Both the position numbers and the translations under genes were made by a program. Of a stretch of 64,000 nucleotides of DNA, positions 25,790-38,921 are shown piece by piece. The DNA is taken from assembly GCF_018350175.1 (NCBI RefSeq), contig NC_058368.1:206832001-206896000 (forward strand). Reading direction: 5' to 3'. Each line of letters begins with the position of its first letter. Position 1 is the first letter of the stretch. The stretch comes from Felis catus. Taxonomy: Eukaryota. The notes beneath the pieces are model-generated. The model did not search any database, was not told where the DNA came from, and saw nothing but the letters and a program-made list of their open reading frames with translations.

Positions 25790-26015
25790 ACTTTATTTTA
25801 TTTTTTAATTTTAATGTTTATTTATTTTTGAGACAGAGAGAGAGCGAGAGCGAGCAGGGGAGGGGCAGAAAGAAAGGGAGACACAGAATCTGAAGCAGGC
25901 CCCAGTCTCTGAGCTGTTAGCACAGAGCCCCGTGTGGGGCTTGAACTCATGAACTGTGAAATCACGACCTGAGCCCAAGTCAGACACTTAACCGACTGAG
26001 CCACACAGGCGCCCC
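25790..26015 (-). mobile_element. Can-SINE
   Basis: TSD ttaaaaaagcct at 25778 and 26017. Confidence 0.95.
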
Positions 26016-26290
26016 TTTAAAAAAGCCTGTTTTACTTTAAAGAGATAATGTAGGCATCCAATCCTTAAAAAGATGGGTGGGGTGGGAGTGGGTATGGGGC
26101 AAGCCTCTAAAGGGTGAGACTCAATGTCTTGGTGGAAAATGTGTCCTTGTTTTTGTCAAAAGTTGAATTCATTATCTGTAGTTTAGGTCCCATCTGCTGC
26201 CTCTCAAGGAATTTTACTGAATTACTCTTTTCTTCTCCTATATCTTGATATCTGTTCATGTCTCTTTTGTATTAAAATTGAATATAAACA

Positions 26291-26485
26291 GGGTCGCCTG
26301 GGTGGCTCAGTGGGTTGAGCATCTGACTTCGACTCAGGTCATGATCTCACGGTTCAAGCCCCGCATTGCGCTCTGTGCTGACAGCTCAGAACCTGGGGCC
26401 TGCTTAGGAGGATGAGTCTCCCTCCTCCACTCATGCTCTGTCTCTCTCTCAAAAATAAATAAACATTAAAAAAAAAGAAAATGTT
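26291..26485 (+). mobile_element. Can-SINE with internal deletions/rearrangement
   Basis: TSD taaaattgaatataaa at 26273 and 26486. Confidence 0.93.
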
Positions 26486-26589
26486 TAAAATTGAATATAA
26501 ATAATACATCTTAACATCTGCAGTTCCCTCAACACGCACCCAACTGAGGAAATTCCATAGATGCCAATGTACAGACTGAAGTTTAGCCT

Positions 26590-26690
26590 TTAACAATATC
26601 AGAATCCCTTGGAGGCTTTAAATGTTGGGCCTGAACCCAGAGTTTCTGATTCAGAAGTTCTTAGGTAATGGTGATGCTACTAATCAAAGA
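26590..26690. mobile_element. MER5A-like fragment
   Basis: 'atcagaatcccttggagg...ccagagtttctgattcag...ggtgatgct'. Confidence 0.5.
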
Positions 26691-29600
26691 GTCACCATGG
26701 AATAAGGCACACTAAGATGTCATTAGAAATTAAAAAAATGATTTTCACCAGATCTCCTTTCAAGGACAGCACTGTATGTATGTTAGATAGGACTTCTCTT
26801 GCATTTCCTTTTCTCTAATATAAATTATAATCGTCAGTGTGCAGGTAATTTGTCCAAAAATAAAATGGCCTGTTTTGAAGCATTTGCTGATTTCCATGGG
26901 GTGGCTATTCTCACCATTGCATATTTTAGACTACAAATGTGACATCAGTGACCTAGAATTGGGAAGAGATACATATATTTGTGTCCCTTGAAAACAGATT
27001 GGAGACAGATTCAGCACATCACTGATCAATGTAAATATAGACATCTCTTATGGACAGAGAGGTGGTAATGGACACAGGTAAAACCCAGGTAGTTTCATCC
27101 TACTGTGGAACTTCCCTTCCTTATCTACTGTCTATCATTATTCTTCTCCTCCCTGCATTGGTCTTTGTTCTACTAAACCCTGATGTGAGTTTGTGCCCAA
27201 TGCCAGAAATTGTGTATATATGTATAGATTGTTATTTGAGGCAGGGGCGGGGAGGGGAAGGGTAGCTAACACCCCATTGTTTATGCAAGCTTCCTAAACC
27301 ATAATCTACAAAAAGAAGGGTTTTGTAGAAAAAAATTGGAGTTGAGAATGGGGGGCAGACATCACTACCTTGTGAAGTTTTCAGGATCTTCTATTGCACT
27401 CCCATGTTTGTTTGAGTAAGCCCAGAAATTATATGACTACTGACATTCTCATTACCAATACTTCCAATTCATAAACCTTCCAGATGTGTTTATATATTTT
27501 TTTCATCTAAAAGTTCTCTTTAAGTCCCCAAAGAGACAGGGAAATAAGGAAAACTAAAGTGAATGAGAATTGGCAATGGTAACTATTTCCTTCTCAACTG
27601 TGTGTCCATGATCAGGGAAACAAAGGGCAAATGTGTGCCAAAGGAGGGGCAGCTTGGTAAATGCTTTCAGGCCTGCTTGCTGTCCCATTGTTCCAACCAC
27701 AGGCAGATCAAAGAGCTAAGCCCAAAGAGCGCTGGAATCCTATCCCACTCCCAAATTCCATGTTCTCAGTACTAGTCAATGGGCTCTAATTGTTTCCTGA
27801 GGTGAAACACCAGAACAACTTTAATTTATTTTAAAGTACAGTTTATCAGGAGTGAAAACAAAAAAGAAAACAATTTTGTGTAGAAAGTTTACAGTTGTTT
27901 TAATTCAAAGAACTTCAATTTTGTTTCACATTTATTTTATACAAAGTAGAAGATGGCTCTAAGTGGCAAAACATGAGCTTCTGTTCGGAAAAGCAGAGGC
28001 CTGGGCACTGGTTTGGAATTTCCCCTTGATTCTACCCTTGATAATGGGTTGTCTTCATGGAAAGTTTTGAAGATGGTGGGCTAGTGGTACAAAGTTGAGA
28101 AGTAATTGCTGGGGGGTTTACCGAGATCACTTGAAGATCTGGGCAGGACTGACTCTCAATCTTAAAAAACAATGTGGCCAAGCCCAGTCATATTCTGATG
28201 AAGATAAGGCTACTTGTGACTAATAAAGCTCTTATGTTTTGTAACTTCCTCAAGGTATATTGTGTGAACTGATCTTTTCCCTGGTAGCTATTTGAAGTAA
28301 AAAAAAAAAAAAAATTCTTAGCAAATGCAAATAGGATTTATCGGTTCATCACAGGATAAGAACTTGAGAAAAGTCATGTTTCAGTACCTCATTCCTTCAA
28401 GAACATGGAGTCCCAGGGAAGAGAGTTTTGTAGCAGTAAAAGAGGAATAGGAAGCTAATTTGAGGAGATTCTAGAAGAAAATAATAAGTGGGAATTGACT
28501 TTCAGGAAATGGTAATGAGATCGTGTGTCCCGGTCAGAGTCCATTGACTTTTCCCCAGCTTGTTGCATCCATGACTCTTCCCCTTCTCCAGGTATACTGT
28601 CCCCAAGTTATTAAACATTTACTAAACCTCATTTTCTTTGCAGAGCTGTTCCTTGAGGATCTTGTTCTCTCTGTGGTGTGAATGACTGAAAAAAAGCCCG
28701 CTCTTGGGGAAAGATCCCATTTGACAGGAACTCTTGCAGAGATTCTGTTAAGGTAGATGACTACAGTGATAATAATGGAATTTCCAGATCAATGGCAGGC
28801 AGATAGGGGATTATCTTTGGGGCAAGATTTTTGCAAATCTCAATTTATATTACCTTATTCTAATGCTAGCCTTGATTTGGATGTATAAACATCAATATAA
28901 ATGCTCTGATCAAATTCAATTTGATATAAAGAAAAGAAGAGGAAGCCTCTAAAAGTGCAACTGAAAATTCGCTTCTTTTTCATTTACAAAATGTAATTCT
29001 ATGTTCAACATTTTGAGTGATTTTTTACTACATAGACTTCATTTATTTCCTCCAAATAATGTATATGTATTTTAAAATGTATCTCATATCTCAAATAAGC
29101 TTTTCATAATTCTCCATGCAAAATTCAGATGATGATAGAATTGTGTCATTTCAATTCCTCTCCCAGGTGCTGGGCCTGTGGTTCCTTATCATGGAACCTC
29201 ACTGCCACCAGCATTTCCTGTTTCTAGAAGCAGAAATAATAACTGCTAATCATTGCTGTTTTTTGGATCTACTTATAGTGCTGGCACCAAGGCTGAGAGA
29301 ACAGCTGAGTCACAAGGTCATTGGGAAAACTTTTCTTTGGACATTTCACCAACTTCCCTCTTTTGGTTTTCTTTATCCCAAATGAACTCTTGCTTCCCAA
29401 GCCATATGTTAGATAAATTTAGTTCTCCTACTGATTTTTTAGGTGTCTTGGCATTTTCCTTCCTTACTCTTTTCCATCTTTGAAAATTAAATTCTTGGAA
29501 TTCATTCTTTGAGAGGTATCCACTCATCAGGTCAAGTTATGCATGAGAAACAGTAATAACTTTGACATCAGTGGGACTAGAAAGGCTGATAGTAATTTCC

Positions 29601-29899
29601 CAGAGATCTTCTGGTTCTTCCTCCTCTTTTCATTTTTAAACTGAAGAAAAATACATGCTCATCAATTGCTTACATACAAGGACTAGATGCCTCTCTAAGT
29701 ATCTTTGACTACAGAGTATTTTCAGCCTTTAAGTGGCCTAGACTAGTTAGATACTCAAGATAATTCTTTTGATCCCAATAAAATACTTAATGTATTTTCC
29801 AGTCTAGCATTGATCCCGTAACAGGATGATATTACAAAACTGGACAGATCATCTTTAGCCCTGCCACTCCTACCCCGGGAAGGTCCTCTTTCTCTGCTT

Positions 29900-30470
29900 C
29901 CTTATGCCACATGACCGAACCACCTTTATCTCAATCAAACCATGCTTAGAATCTTGAGGAATATTTGGCTCCTTCATCTGTTTTGCTCATCCCATTCAAA
30001 ACATCACCAGTCCAGCTGAGGACCTCTCCACACAGGAACCCTCTTATATCTGTTTTGTTTTTCACAGTCCCTGTCATCAGCATAATTTAGACTTTTACCT
30101 TCTCTTGCCAGAAATGCTGTGAACTCACCTCCATGCCTGCTCCCATCTCTTCTTCCTTCAAGATATCCTGTATGGCACTGCTACTACAGTAACTGTCCAA
30201 AAATGTCACTATGAGTATGTAATTCTTCTAGCATTAAAAATAACAGCTTAGCCTGAAAAAGTATAATTTAGCCAGAGCTTAGCTTTCTGATCTCTTCTCT
30301 TCCCATTGACACAGTGAAATGAACTCATGGCTTTTCCCAGAACATGCCTTGGTGATGATGCTCTTTCATTATCCTTCTGACACTTTCCACAGGCCTGTGT
30401 CAAATCACATTTTATTTATGATGTCTCTGTGGTCACCACCTCTGCATCTGTACCCCTGTCACCCTGTTAA
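29900..30470 (+). mobile_element. L2 fragment
   Basis: Pyrimidine-rich, L2-like ('catcaccagtcc', 'ctcacctccatgcctgctc', 'ctctttcattatccttc'). Confidence 0.55.
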
Positions 30471-30479
30471 ATATCCCTT

Positions 30480-30670
30480 GGAGAGACTTTACAGTTTTAG
30501 GGTCAGACAGACCTAAATTCAAACCCTAATTCTTCCTATTACTAATGTCATGACTTTGAACATACTGCATATTTCCCTGAGCCTTGTATTTTCTTTTTAA
30601 TCTGTAAAATGTAGATAAAATTTTCTTTTAATATGAAGATTAAATGAAATCACCTGCATAGAATACATAT
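30480..30670 (+). mobile_element. MIR
   Basis: 'gtcagacagacctaaattcaaaccc...tgactttgaac...ctgagcc...tctgtaaaatg'. Confidence 0.75.
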
Positions 30671-31603
30671 ATAGGCTTAGAATATATTAAAGATTTTATA
30701 TGCATTGCTCTTTTCTAGTAACTCTTCTTTGGTATTAATTACCCTCTTGCTGGCATTCTGGCCACTTGAGGTCTTGGTCCATACTCTACTTAATTATATA
30801 TCCTGTGAGGGCATTACTTATTTTTGGATCCATCAAAACAACAGCAAAATATCTAAATCAGGAGATTACGAAGAGCACTGAAACTGACTTTTTTTTAGGA
30901 TGAATTAGAACTTCCAAATGAATTTACATTTGTGAACAAATGGCAACATATGGCCTGGCCACTCCATATCTCCTAGGGCCAACCAGCTTCTATTAACCAC
31001 AACTAAAAGTGGCTACCTGCACTGATACTCTCTATGAACTCATTTCATCAAATATATAAGAAGAACCTGAGAACACAAAAATACAGGACAACGATTAGAG
31101 AAATGAGAGACGACTATGGGGTTGGACAATTGTCCCTACGTGTTGCCCTATCCATACACGTTCAGGATGAGTCCTAATAGGGGAAATAGCTTTAATATAA
31201 CTTATTTTTTTAAGAATGGAAGTTCAAGCAGCATTACTCACATTCTTAAACAAAACCGTTTATATGATAGTTTTCTGGAAGATACGGTTTCTGTATCTCA
31301 TTTCACACTCATATGGTCAGTTGTCATGGAATAATCACATTTCTTTACTTTTAATCTTTTTGTCACTAGTAGCTCTCTAGCTCTCTTTTTATTATTGCCT
31401 GGAAGAAAATATGGCCATTTCTTCCCAGTTATGAATTAAATTCCTTTTTATTCCTCATATGAATTGAAATACTTCTTTATTCACCTTGTGTTTTATTCCT
31501 CTTTGTATATTTTCTTGTTGCATCTTATTGTATTTTGAGGTCCTATCACTAAATAATTTCAGACATGGCTTAAGGTGGAATAAGGAAAAGAACTGTGTCC
31601 TTG

Positions 31604-31772
31604 GAGACCACCCGAGTGGCTCAGTTAGTTAAGCATCCAACTCTTGATTTCTGCTCAAGTCAGGATCTCATGGTTCTTGAGATCGAGCCCCATGTCAGGC
31701 TCTGAGCCTCTCTCTCTCTGTCTCTCCCCAGCCCCCACTCTGTCAAAATGAATAAATAAACTTAAAAAAAAT
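31604..31772 (+). mobile_element. Can-SINE, older, with deletion
   Basis: TSD aactgtgtccttggaga at 31591 and 31773. Confidence 0.92.
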
Positions 31773-32145
31773 AACTGTGTCCTTGGAGATACTACTTTGA
31801 TTTCTTGGCTTTGTTATTTTCCCATCTTAAAATGGGATTATAATTATTTCTGTCCATCTAAGTAAGGACACAATGAAAACCATAGGTGTTACCATGTGTT
31901 TAATTTTTTTTAAATACCCCAAAACTTCATAATACTCTCTTTCAGTGGCCTGAAGGCCAAAGTGAAAATTTTGCTTTAGACATACACACTTAATTCTTCC
32001 TGCCTAACTCAACCCATGATCACTAGAATACAAATCTTGTTTCAAATCAGGTGTAGAGTGGTAGGAAGAACTAGAAGAATCTGGACGTGGTCCTGTGTGT
32101 GAGGGCTGGGCTCTTCTAATGTATCCCAGGGCATTTCTTTAGTCT

Positions 32146-32385
32146 CTGTCTGGTTTTATCAACCTTATCATGATGAACATTTCATATCAAATAATGCCTT
32201 ATTATGGGGGAGCTCTCCTGTGCATTATAGAATATTTATAGAATATTGTCGGCAGTTCTGAACTCCATCCACTATTTTTCAGTAGCATCCTCTGCCACCC
32301 CAATAGAGATTATCAAAGATGACTCCAGACATCGCCTAAGGTCCCCTAGAGGACAGAATATCTCTGATTGAGAACCTCTGCTTTA
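32146..32385. mobile_element. MER20 hAT MITE
   Basis: 'tcctgtgcattatagaat...ccagacatcgcctaaggtcccctagagg...gattgagaacctctg' is colinear with MER20. Confidence 0.85.
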
Positions 32386-33617
32386 GGATGACTTCACTGC
32401 AATAAAAAATTATACATACCTTTTGCTTTCCAGCTGGGTTTATGATTGATAAACAGAATATAAGACAATTAAAGCTGGTTGCTATTCATTAATCATTAGA
32501 TATAATTGATGATATATACTTTGGGGATGATTACAGTATCTCAGTAGAATATTTTTACTAAGCCTACAGTATACAGATGAGCCTTGTGAAAACATGTTTA
32601 CACTATAATAAGAATTTTCATTCCTAAACTATTCCTGTTCTGACTTCTCATGAGTGGCTAAGAAGTCAAAAATGAGAAAAGATAAAAGAGTCTGATAGCT
32701 AGAACTTTAGCCAGGATTTTTACCTTCACTATTCTGATTAAAATATAATCTGCCTTCTTTTTGAAGAATTTCTTTGACTTTTCTGATTCACCGACTATCT
32801 TTTACCATCATTACCATCTGGGCCTTGGGCATTAACTACATATTGCTTTATGTTGTTTTCTGATAGCTACAATAAACTTTAACATTGGCTTCCCAGTGAG
32901 ATTACAATCATTCTGAGGGCAGCATACTTTTTTTTTTTTTTTTATCTCTCATGACATTGGATACAGTCTCACATTCATTAACACAGAGCCTACTCAGGGT
33001 TCTATCACCCAAAAAGTGGATAAATTTGTACAACCACTCAGTCTGTCTATGTAGAGTAACCTCTATAAGGCACATGTTTGACTTATATGACTAGTTTCTG
33101 TGCATTCAAAGCAACCCTCTGTCTAGAACTTAGGTTTCCATCTAATTTTCCAATCTGACTGGAGAGAAAGAATATGCTAGTCATGCTGGCCTGGTTGTCT
33201 GGATCCATGATTGTTATAATACAGTGGATTAACATTTAAGCACCCTAATTTTGTACATTCATCTCTTGTGAGCCTGATTCATCTAAGACGGTTTAATAGA
33301 TAAACCTTTCTTATTATACTGACAAAATCAGATTTCTGAACCATGTAGCCAAGGACTTTGGAATGTGGGAAATTACAAAGCAAGTATCACATTATGAGGC
33401 TACTTAGAAGCCCTTCCTGGAAACCACCAATCTCCTGTCAGGACCTCTTCAAATTTCAAGTCAGTTGGTAAACTCAATCTTGAAGAATTACAAGAATGAA
33501 TATAGCAGAGGGTTTACCCTATAGGAGTTCACCTTCGAGCAGTTTTTAGGTTACATACCTAATAATTTTAATGTTTTTTGAGACACAAAAGTAATTGTAA
33601 TTTAAAATGGTGCAATA

Positions 33618-33834
33618 GGGGCGCCTGGGTGGCTCAGTTGGTTAAGCGTCCGACTTCAGCTCAGGTCACGATCTCGCAGTCTGTGAGTTTGAGCCCCGCG
33701 TGGGGCTCTGGGCTGATGGCTCAGAGCCTGGAGCCTGCTTCCGATTCTGTGTCTCCCTCTCTCTCTGCCCCTCCCCCGTTCATGTTCTGTCTCTCTCTGT
33801 CTCAAAAATAAATTTTAAAAAAACGTTAAAAAAA
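33618..33834 (+). mobile_element. Young Can-SINE, SINEC_Fc-like
   Basis: Many CpGs retained. TSD tttaaaatggtgc at 33601 and 33835. Confidence 0.97.
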
Positions 33835-34384
33835 TTTAAAATGGTGCGATAAATGCTTATAGCTTTATTGATTTAAATAACAAGAGAATGGAAGTAACAT
33901 TGTATATACAGAATGATTTCATATAGCTTGACTTCAAAGCTTTAGACTTTAGTAAGCAAGACAAAAAGTTTCTGTGTATAGCTTTCTTAGCTTTATAGTC
34001 TATTTTTAATCTACAGAGCAAATTGGAAGGATTTTGTGAGATGCAGTTATGAAATTCTGTTGCTCTGTATTTCAAAAGATATTTAATATTTAATAAAAGT
34101 TGAAAATAATAATCCAAATAACTATCTGAATCTAGTATAATAAGGATATTTAAAGAAGGGACATTAGCAGAATTACATATTGGCAAAGGAAGTCCTTATT
34201 TGACTTTTGTTGTTCTTTGCTATTTTAATAAAAGTCTTACCTTATTTTGGAGCCACAATTAACCAAACTTGAGTTCAGTAAGTAACTTTTTCTAGCTCCT
34301 TCAATGCCATGGGAGAGTAAAGGCCACTGTGATATTTCCCATAACAGCACAGCATATTTTTATTAGTAATAGCACCAAGGGAAA

Positions 34385-34620
34385 GAATAAGTTTTTGAGC
34401 TCTTACTATGTGTCAAGTCCTACTCTAAACTCTCATTAATCATCTCTTTGAATTTTCAAAGCAACTATATGAGGCAGATACTGTCTGTGCAAATGGAAAC
34501 CCTGAAACCCAGGAATGTTAAGAAACCTACACAATGGCACATAGTAAGGGATAGCACCGTAAAGCAGGGTTTTACTCTTCAAGTTCATTGAGCCATCTCT
34601 CACCACGCCCAGCTCTTTAG
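34385..34620 (-). mobile_element. MIR
   Basis: 'tgagctcttactatgtgtcaag...caactatatgaggcagatact'. Confidence 0.75.
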
Positions 34621-35054
34621 ACTTTTAAGTCACAAGAAAACGTACCAGTGCAGTAGTGTGCGAGCTGCAGCTTGTAGGAGGTAATACAGCTGAAAACATG
34701 GTATATTAGAGACTTTGCCTAAAGCTTGCCTTCATAGTAAGTGTATTTTCTCTTCCTGTCCAATTAATACTATCTTTACTTTAGAAGAAGACATTTAAAA
34801 TTCCAAGCCAGGATTTCCAAACTATGTTCCTGTGTTCTCCAGGGACTTCATGAAAGTGTCTTAGTGGCCACTGAGTTAAAGGGAGGAGAGGAAGGAAAGT
34901 CAGGGCATCAGTTCACTTTTGCCCACAATTTCCTTAAACAGCTTCACTTCTCTCCATTTCCAATAGTGCAATAGCACTGCACTTTCTATATATTTCATTT
35001 GGGATTTGGGCGGGGCCAGGGGAGAACTGTTAGCTATTTTTGGAGAAAGTTTCG

Positions 35055-35200
35055 AAATCACTTATCTAGTTGACCTGTTTTCTTACAGAGGAAGCTGAGG
35101 GCTGAAGAGTTGAAGCGATTGGCCCCAAATCAAACATCTTATCAGAGGGAGAACCCAGCTCCCCTACCTCCCAGTCCAGCCTGCTTCCCGCCATCCCATA
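35055..35200 (-). mobile_element. MIR3/MIRc-like fragment
   Basis: 'atctagttgacc...ttacagaggaagctgaggg...gaacccagctcccctacctcccagtccag'. Confidence 0.7.
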
Positions 35201-35489
35201 TTGCTGACCTACAGGCATGCAGTACAAGTGTGAGACCCCAGACTGTCACTCTGCAGGCTCATTCTGGTGCTGCTGCTGATTCACCTAACCCTCATCTTTA
35301 ATGGCACAGCAGAGGCTCCTGGAATTTGTTCTTAGATGTAACGTCTACTTGTAAGGGCCTGACACGCTTTGCTCTGCATTCTTTCAAGGCCTTCTTACAT
35401 TTCAATACTGAACCTACATGTTGTGTAAGAGCAAGAGTAACTCAAATATTTTATAGTAACAATTGAAGTTAAAAATACAAGTAGGCAAC

Positions 35490-35990
35490 CTGCTTCATTC
35501 AAGAAACATTTTTTGGTGCCTACCAACGTGCCAAAATTATCCTGAGCACTGAAGATACCCTCGTAAACAAAACAGACAAAAATCTCCAAAGATAAAAATC
35601 TGATGTCACTGTACTTACAGACCATAAAGGTCAAAGAGATGAATCAGAGAAGAGAGAATGGGAAATATTGGGAAGGTGTATTGCTGTTTTACATAGGGTA
35701 ATCAGGACACCAATAAGACAATATTTGGGCCAAGATCTGGGGAAGGTGAAGGATCAAGGTCCGCAGATATCCAGGTGGGGGGAAACTGGCTCAGGGGGAG
35801 GGAACAGCAAGTACAGCGGCACCAAGGTAACAGAGTGCTTAGTGTCTTTGAAGAGCAACCAAACTAATGGGCATGGAGTGAATGAGCAGAGTGAGTGAGG
35901 AGAACAATAGGATGTGACAGCAGAGAGGTGAGGAAGTAAGTGTGGGAGCCATGGTGTCAGATCCCTGCTTTGTAAAGACTTTGTCTTCTA
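35490..35990 (-). mobile_element. L2 3' end
   Basis: 'ttcattcaagaaacattttttggtgcctacc...aacaaaacagacaaaaatc...gggaacagcaagtacagcggc'. Confidence 0.85.
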
Positions 35991-37128
35991 TCAGCCTGAT
36001 GATTAAGCAAAGTATTTGTGCCTACTTTTAGTAGGTATGTTTGTCTTTAATGAGGGCAATGGATAGCATAGCTTATCTTTCATTTTGAGACATATCTACA
36101 GGTGAATTACTGATATTATAATAAAAGTTTAGGAGATGCTATAATTTCTTAACTTCTAAAAATACATAGCTAATTGTGTTTTTTAAAGTCTGAAGATGTT
36201 GTATAGGTATAGAATGAATAAAAACTTACCAGGTAGTTTTGTGATCAATCCTTATTATGTTACTTATATTAATAAAAAGCATAATTTCACATTGTAAAAT
36301 GCCTTCTCTTGTTATGATTTTTGTTTGTCTCTAAAACACTGGGATCTTCTTCAGAATTCTTGGTCCTTGACCACTTTTTGTCTTGGTCTTCTTCATCTAT
36401 CTTTACAATTTTCAACAAATTACAAAATAGACACTCCCCCAGAGAACAAAATTCCCAATGGCACAGATTGCATATAAATTTAGCACCCATATATTTCCTT
36501 CTTTTTTAGAATTTACTTGATAATCAAGAGAAAATTCTGTATCAGGCAAGGCTTCTATGGTTAGATTTGAAATCATATTTTTTCCTCAGAGTGATTTGAA
36601 AGATTCAATGAAAGAGGAGTTATACAACTTTGCTACAGTTGACTATGGTCATCTTCTCACAGGGTACATGCACCATGATGGTCTTTATCCTGGGCACCAG
36701 TGAAGGAGAATGGGCCTTATAAACTGAGGAAAAGGGAAGTGAGTGGTGGCTGGAAGAAGAGGGAAGAAAGTGGCAAAGGGCAGCTAACCAAATCTTCTAC
36801 CCGGCAGTGCAGCTCAACACTTTTCACTACATCATCAGGGGTGTTTGTTACTTAGATTTTATAGTTTGTAGAGGAGCATCCATCTGGAGTTTGAACCGTG
36901 TACTCTCTAACATCGTCACATCAGCTAACACAAGTTTAGATGAAGTTAAAGGGAGATGATTCTGAGAAAAGAGAGATTTACAGGGAAAGTGAAGCTCAGG
37001 GAAATTCCTAAAGATGTATTCATGTTACTGCCTGCTAGGCTAACGATGTTTTCCTCTCTGATTATGGAAATGGATATTTTCAAATCCCCAAATAGTTTTG
37101 GGAATTGCTGTTATTAACAAAGAATGCT

Positions 37129-37134
37129 TGTGTG

Positions 37135-37213
<79 letters not shown>
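37129..37213. repeat. Compound (TG)n(GA)n microsatellite
   Basis: Directly visible. Confidence 0.97.
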
Positions 37214-37215
<2 letters not shown>

Positions 37216-37689
37216 TTCTTGAGTTTTAATCCTTTCTTGATTGCACTATTGTTACAAAAGACTTTTATGATTCATGCTAAAAGATTAAAAGATCAACTAG
37301 TTCCAAATGGTGATTCATTTTGTAAACAAGATGAGTTTGTTTGTCTCAAGTAGTAAGTTATGCTCAAAAGCCACTGTCTCATTTTGAGATGGTCTTGCTG
37401 GGTCTTCAGAAGGCAACAGAACTGGACACTAATTGTGTGTCCTGTGGAGTCTGATTACTGACCTAACTTGCATTCTGGGTAATTCCGTGACCTGAGTTCT
37501 TTGGACAGGCTGGTCTTAGACACTAATATTAATATCCTCAGCCTGGATAGGTGCTTGCAGAGCACATCTAATTGTCATCCAGTGACTGCCATATTTTACC
37601 ACTAGCCTCTTGGGTGGATAACTAGACTTCTATTTCTTTAGCTTATAACATAAAGAACTTAGACTAGCTGAATGCTTAGTCCGTATTAG

Positions 37690-37870
37690 ATGTTTTATAC
37701 CCACGATTCTTTAATAAAGGAGATTTAATAATCTTATTTTATGGAGAAGAAATCAAGGTTTAGATATCTTAGCAATATCCCAATATCCCATGGCTATCAA
37801 GTGGACAGGCCAGGATCTGAACCCAGTTTTCTATCTGATTTCAATGCACAAGCTCATAGTTATGGTGCAA
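37690..37870 (-). mobile_element. MIR
   Basis: 'ttttatggagaagaaatcaagg...ccaggatctgaacccag'. Confidence 0.65.
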
Positions 37871-38886
37871 GATTACTGTGCACCAAGCAGGTGCTTAGTT
37901 AATGAAAAATTTTCTCAAGATACTTATTAAATTGTTCAATTCATTGCCAGAGATGAATAGTGAGAATACATTTTGTTATCAGTTTGTTTAATACCAACAA
38001 AGACAAAAAGTCTCAATGGCATATCCATTGATTTGAAATAGAACATGGCAATAGACAAAAACACTTTTTCACTCACATTTGTATTCATGAATAAATGGAA
38101 AGTGAAGTTATTCAGTTGGTCATAGATAGGAGGCTTTGTAATAAATTAGGGGCACTTCTATTTTTGTTACTTAGCCATAAAAGATTTCTTATATTCTCTG
38201 GTTAGAAAGAAAGTTATATTATAGAGGACTAAAAGGGGAATTAATGAGACACACAGCTTTGTTTGAGATGACTAATAGAGTATTCTGTACCTGAACCTGG
38301 TTTTCATGTAAAAGCAGATAACATGTCACTGAAATTTCATGAATACAGTCTCAAGAGCACTTAATTTTAGAGTTTACTTTCTATAGGTAATGATACGTGA
38401 AACTAATTATTTTTTAACAGTCAGAGGACTGTTTTGCCCAACCTTTTGCCCAACCTCCTGCCTCTGGAACCACAAAGGTCTAAGTCCCATTCCCTGCACC
38501 CCATCCCCCCGCCACAAAAAAAAATCTCCACTAGTGATTCCATTAAGTGGTAAGAGGCAGTCTAAGAAAATCAGTTCCAGATTTCTTATTCATATCTCTG
38601 TAAAATCATAAGATAAAAAAATTTTCAATTCCTTAAGAACTCATTGTGTTTTTCATGTTTCCTTAATTTACAAGCTCTGCATGTAGACCATGGACAAGTG
38701 TCCATACTGCTTTCCCTAGAGTTGAACAAGATAAGGATGAATGATAGTCTTTATTTTCTAGCACTTGCCAGCTCTTAGCCAGCATTTCAGTAACATTCAA
38801 GCCCTACAGAATCCATTTTATCCATATATCAGCTATAGAGTAAGTATTTTTAAAACCATTTCTATAATCACAAGCCCAGGGACTTT

Positions 38887-38919
<33 letters not shown>
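38887..38919. repeat. (TG)n microsatellite
   Basis: Directly visible. Confidence 0.96.

Positions 38920-38921
<2 letters not shown>

Noticed and set aside
35070-35356. Exon with acceptor ttttcttacag| and donor TT|GTAAGG
   Set aside because: The acceptor is the antisense MIR core 'tttacagatgaggaaactgagg'. MIR exonisation is possible, but nothing here shows it.
36287-36490. Charged, coding-looking minus-strand ORF (KIDEEDQDKKWSRTK) near a strong donor
   Set aside because: Purine-rich and L2-like. The donor at about 36230 is separated from it by stop codons.
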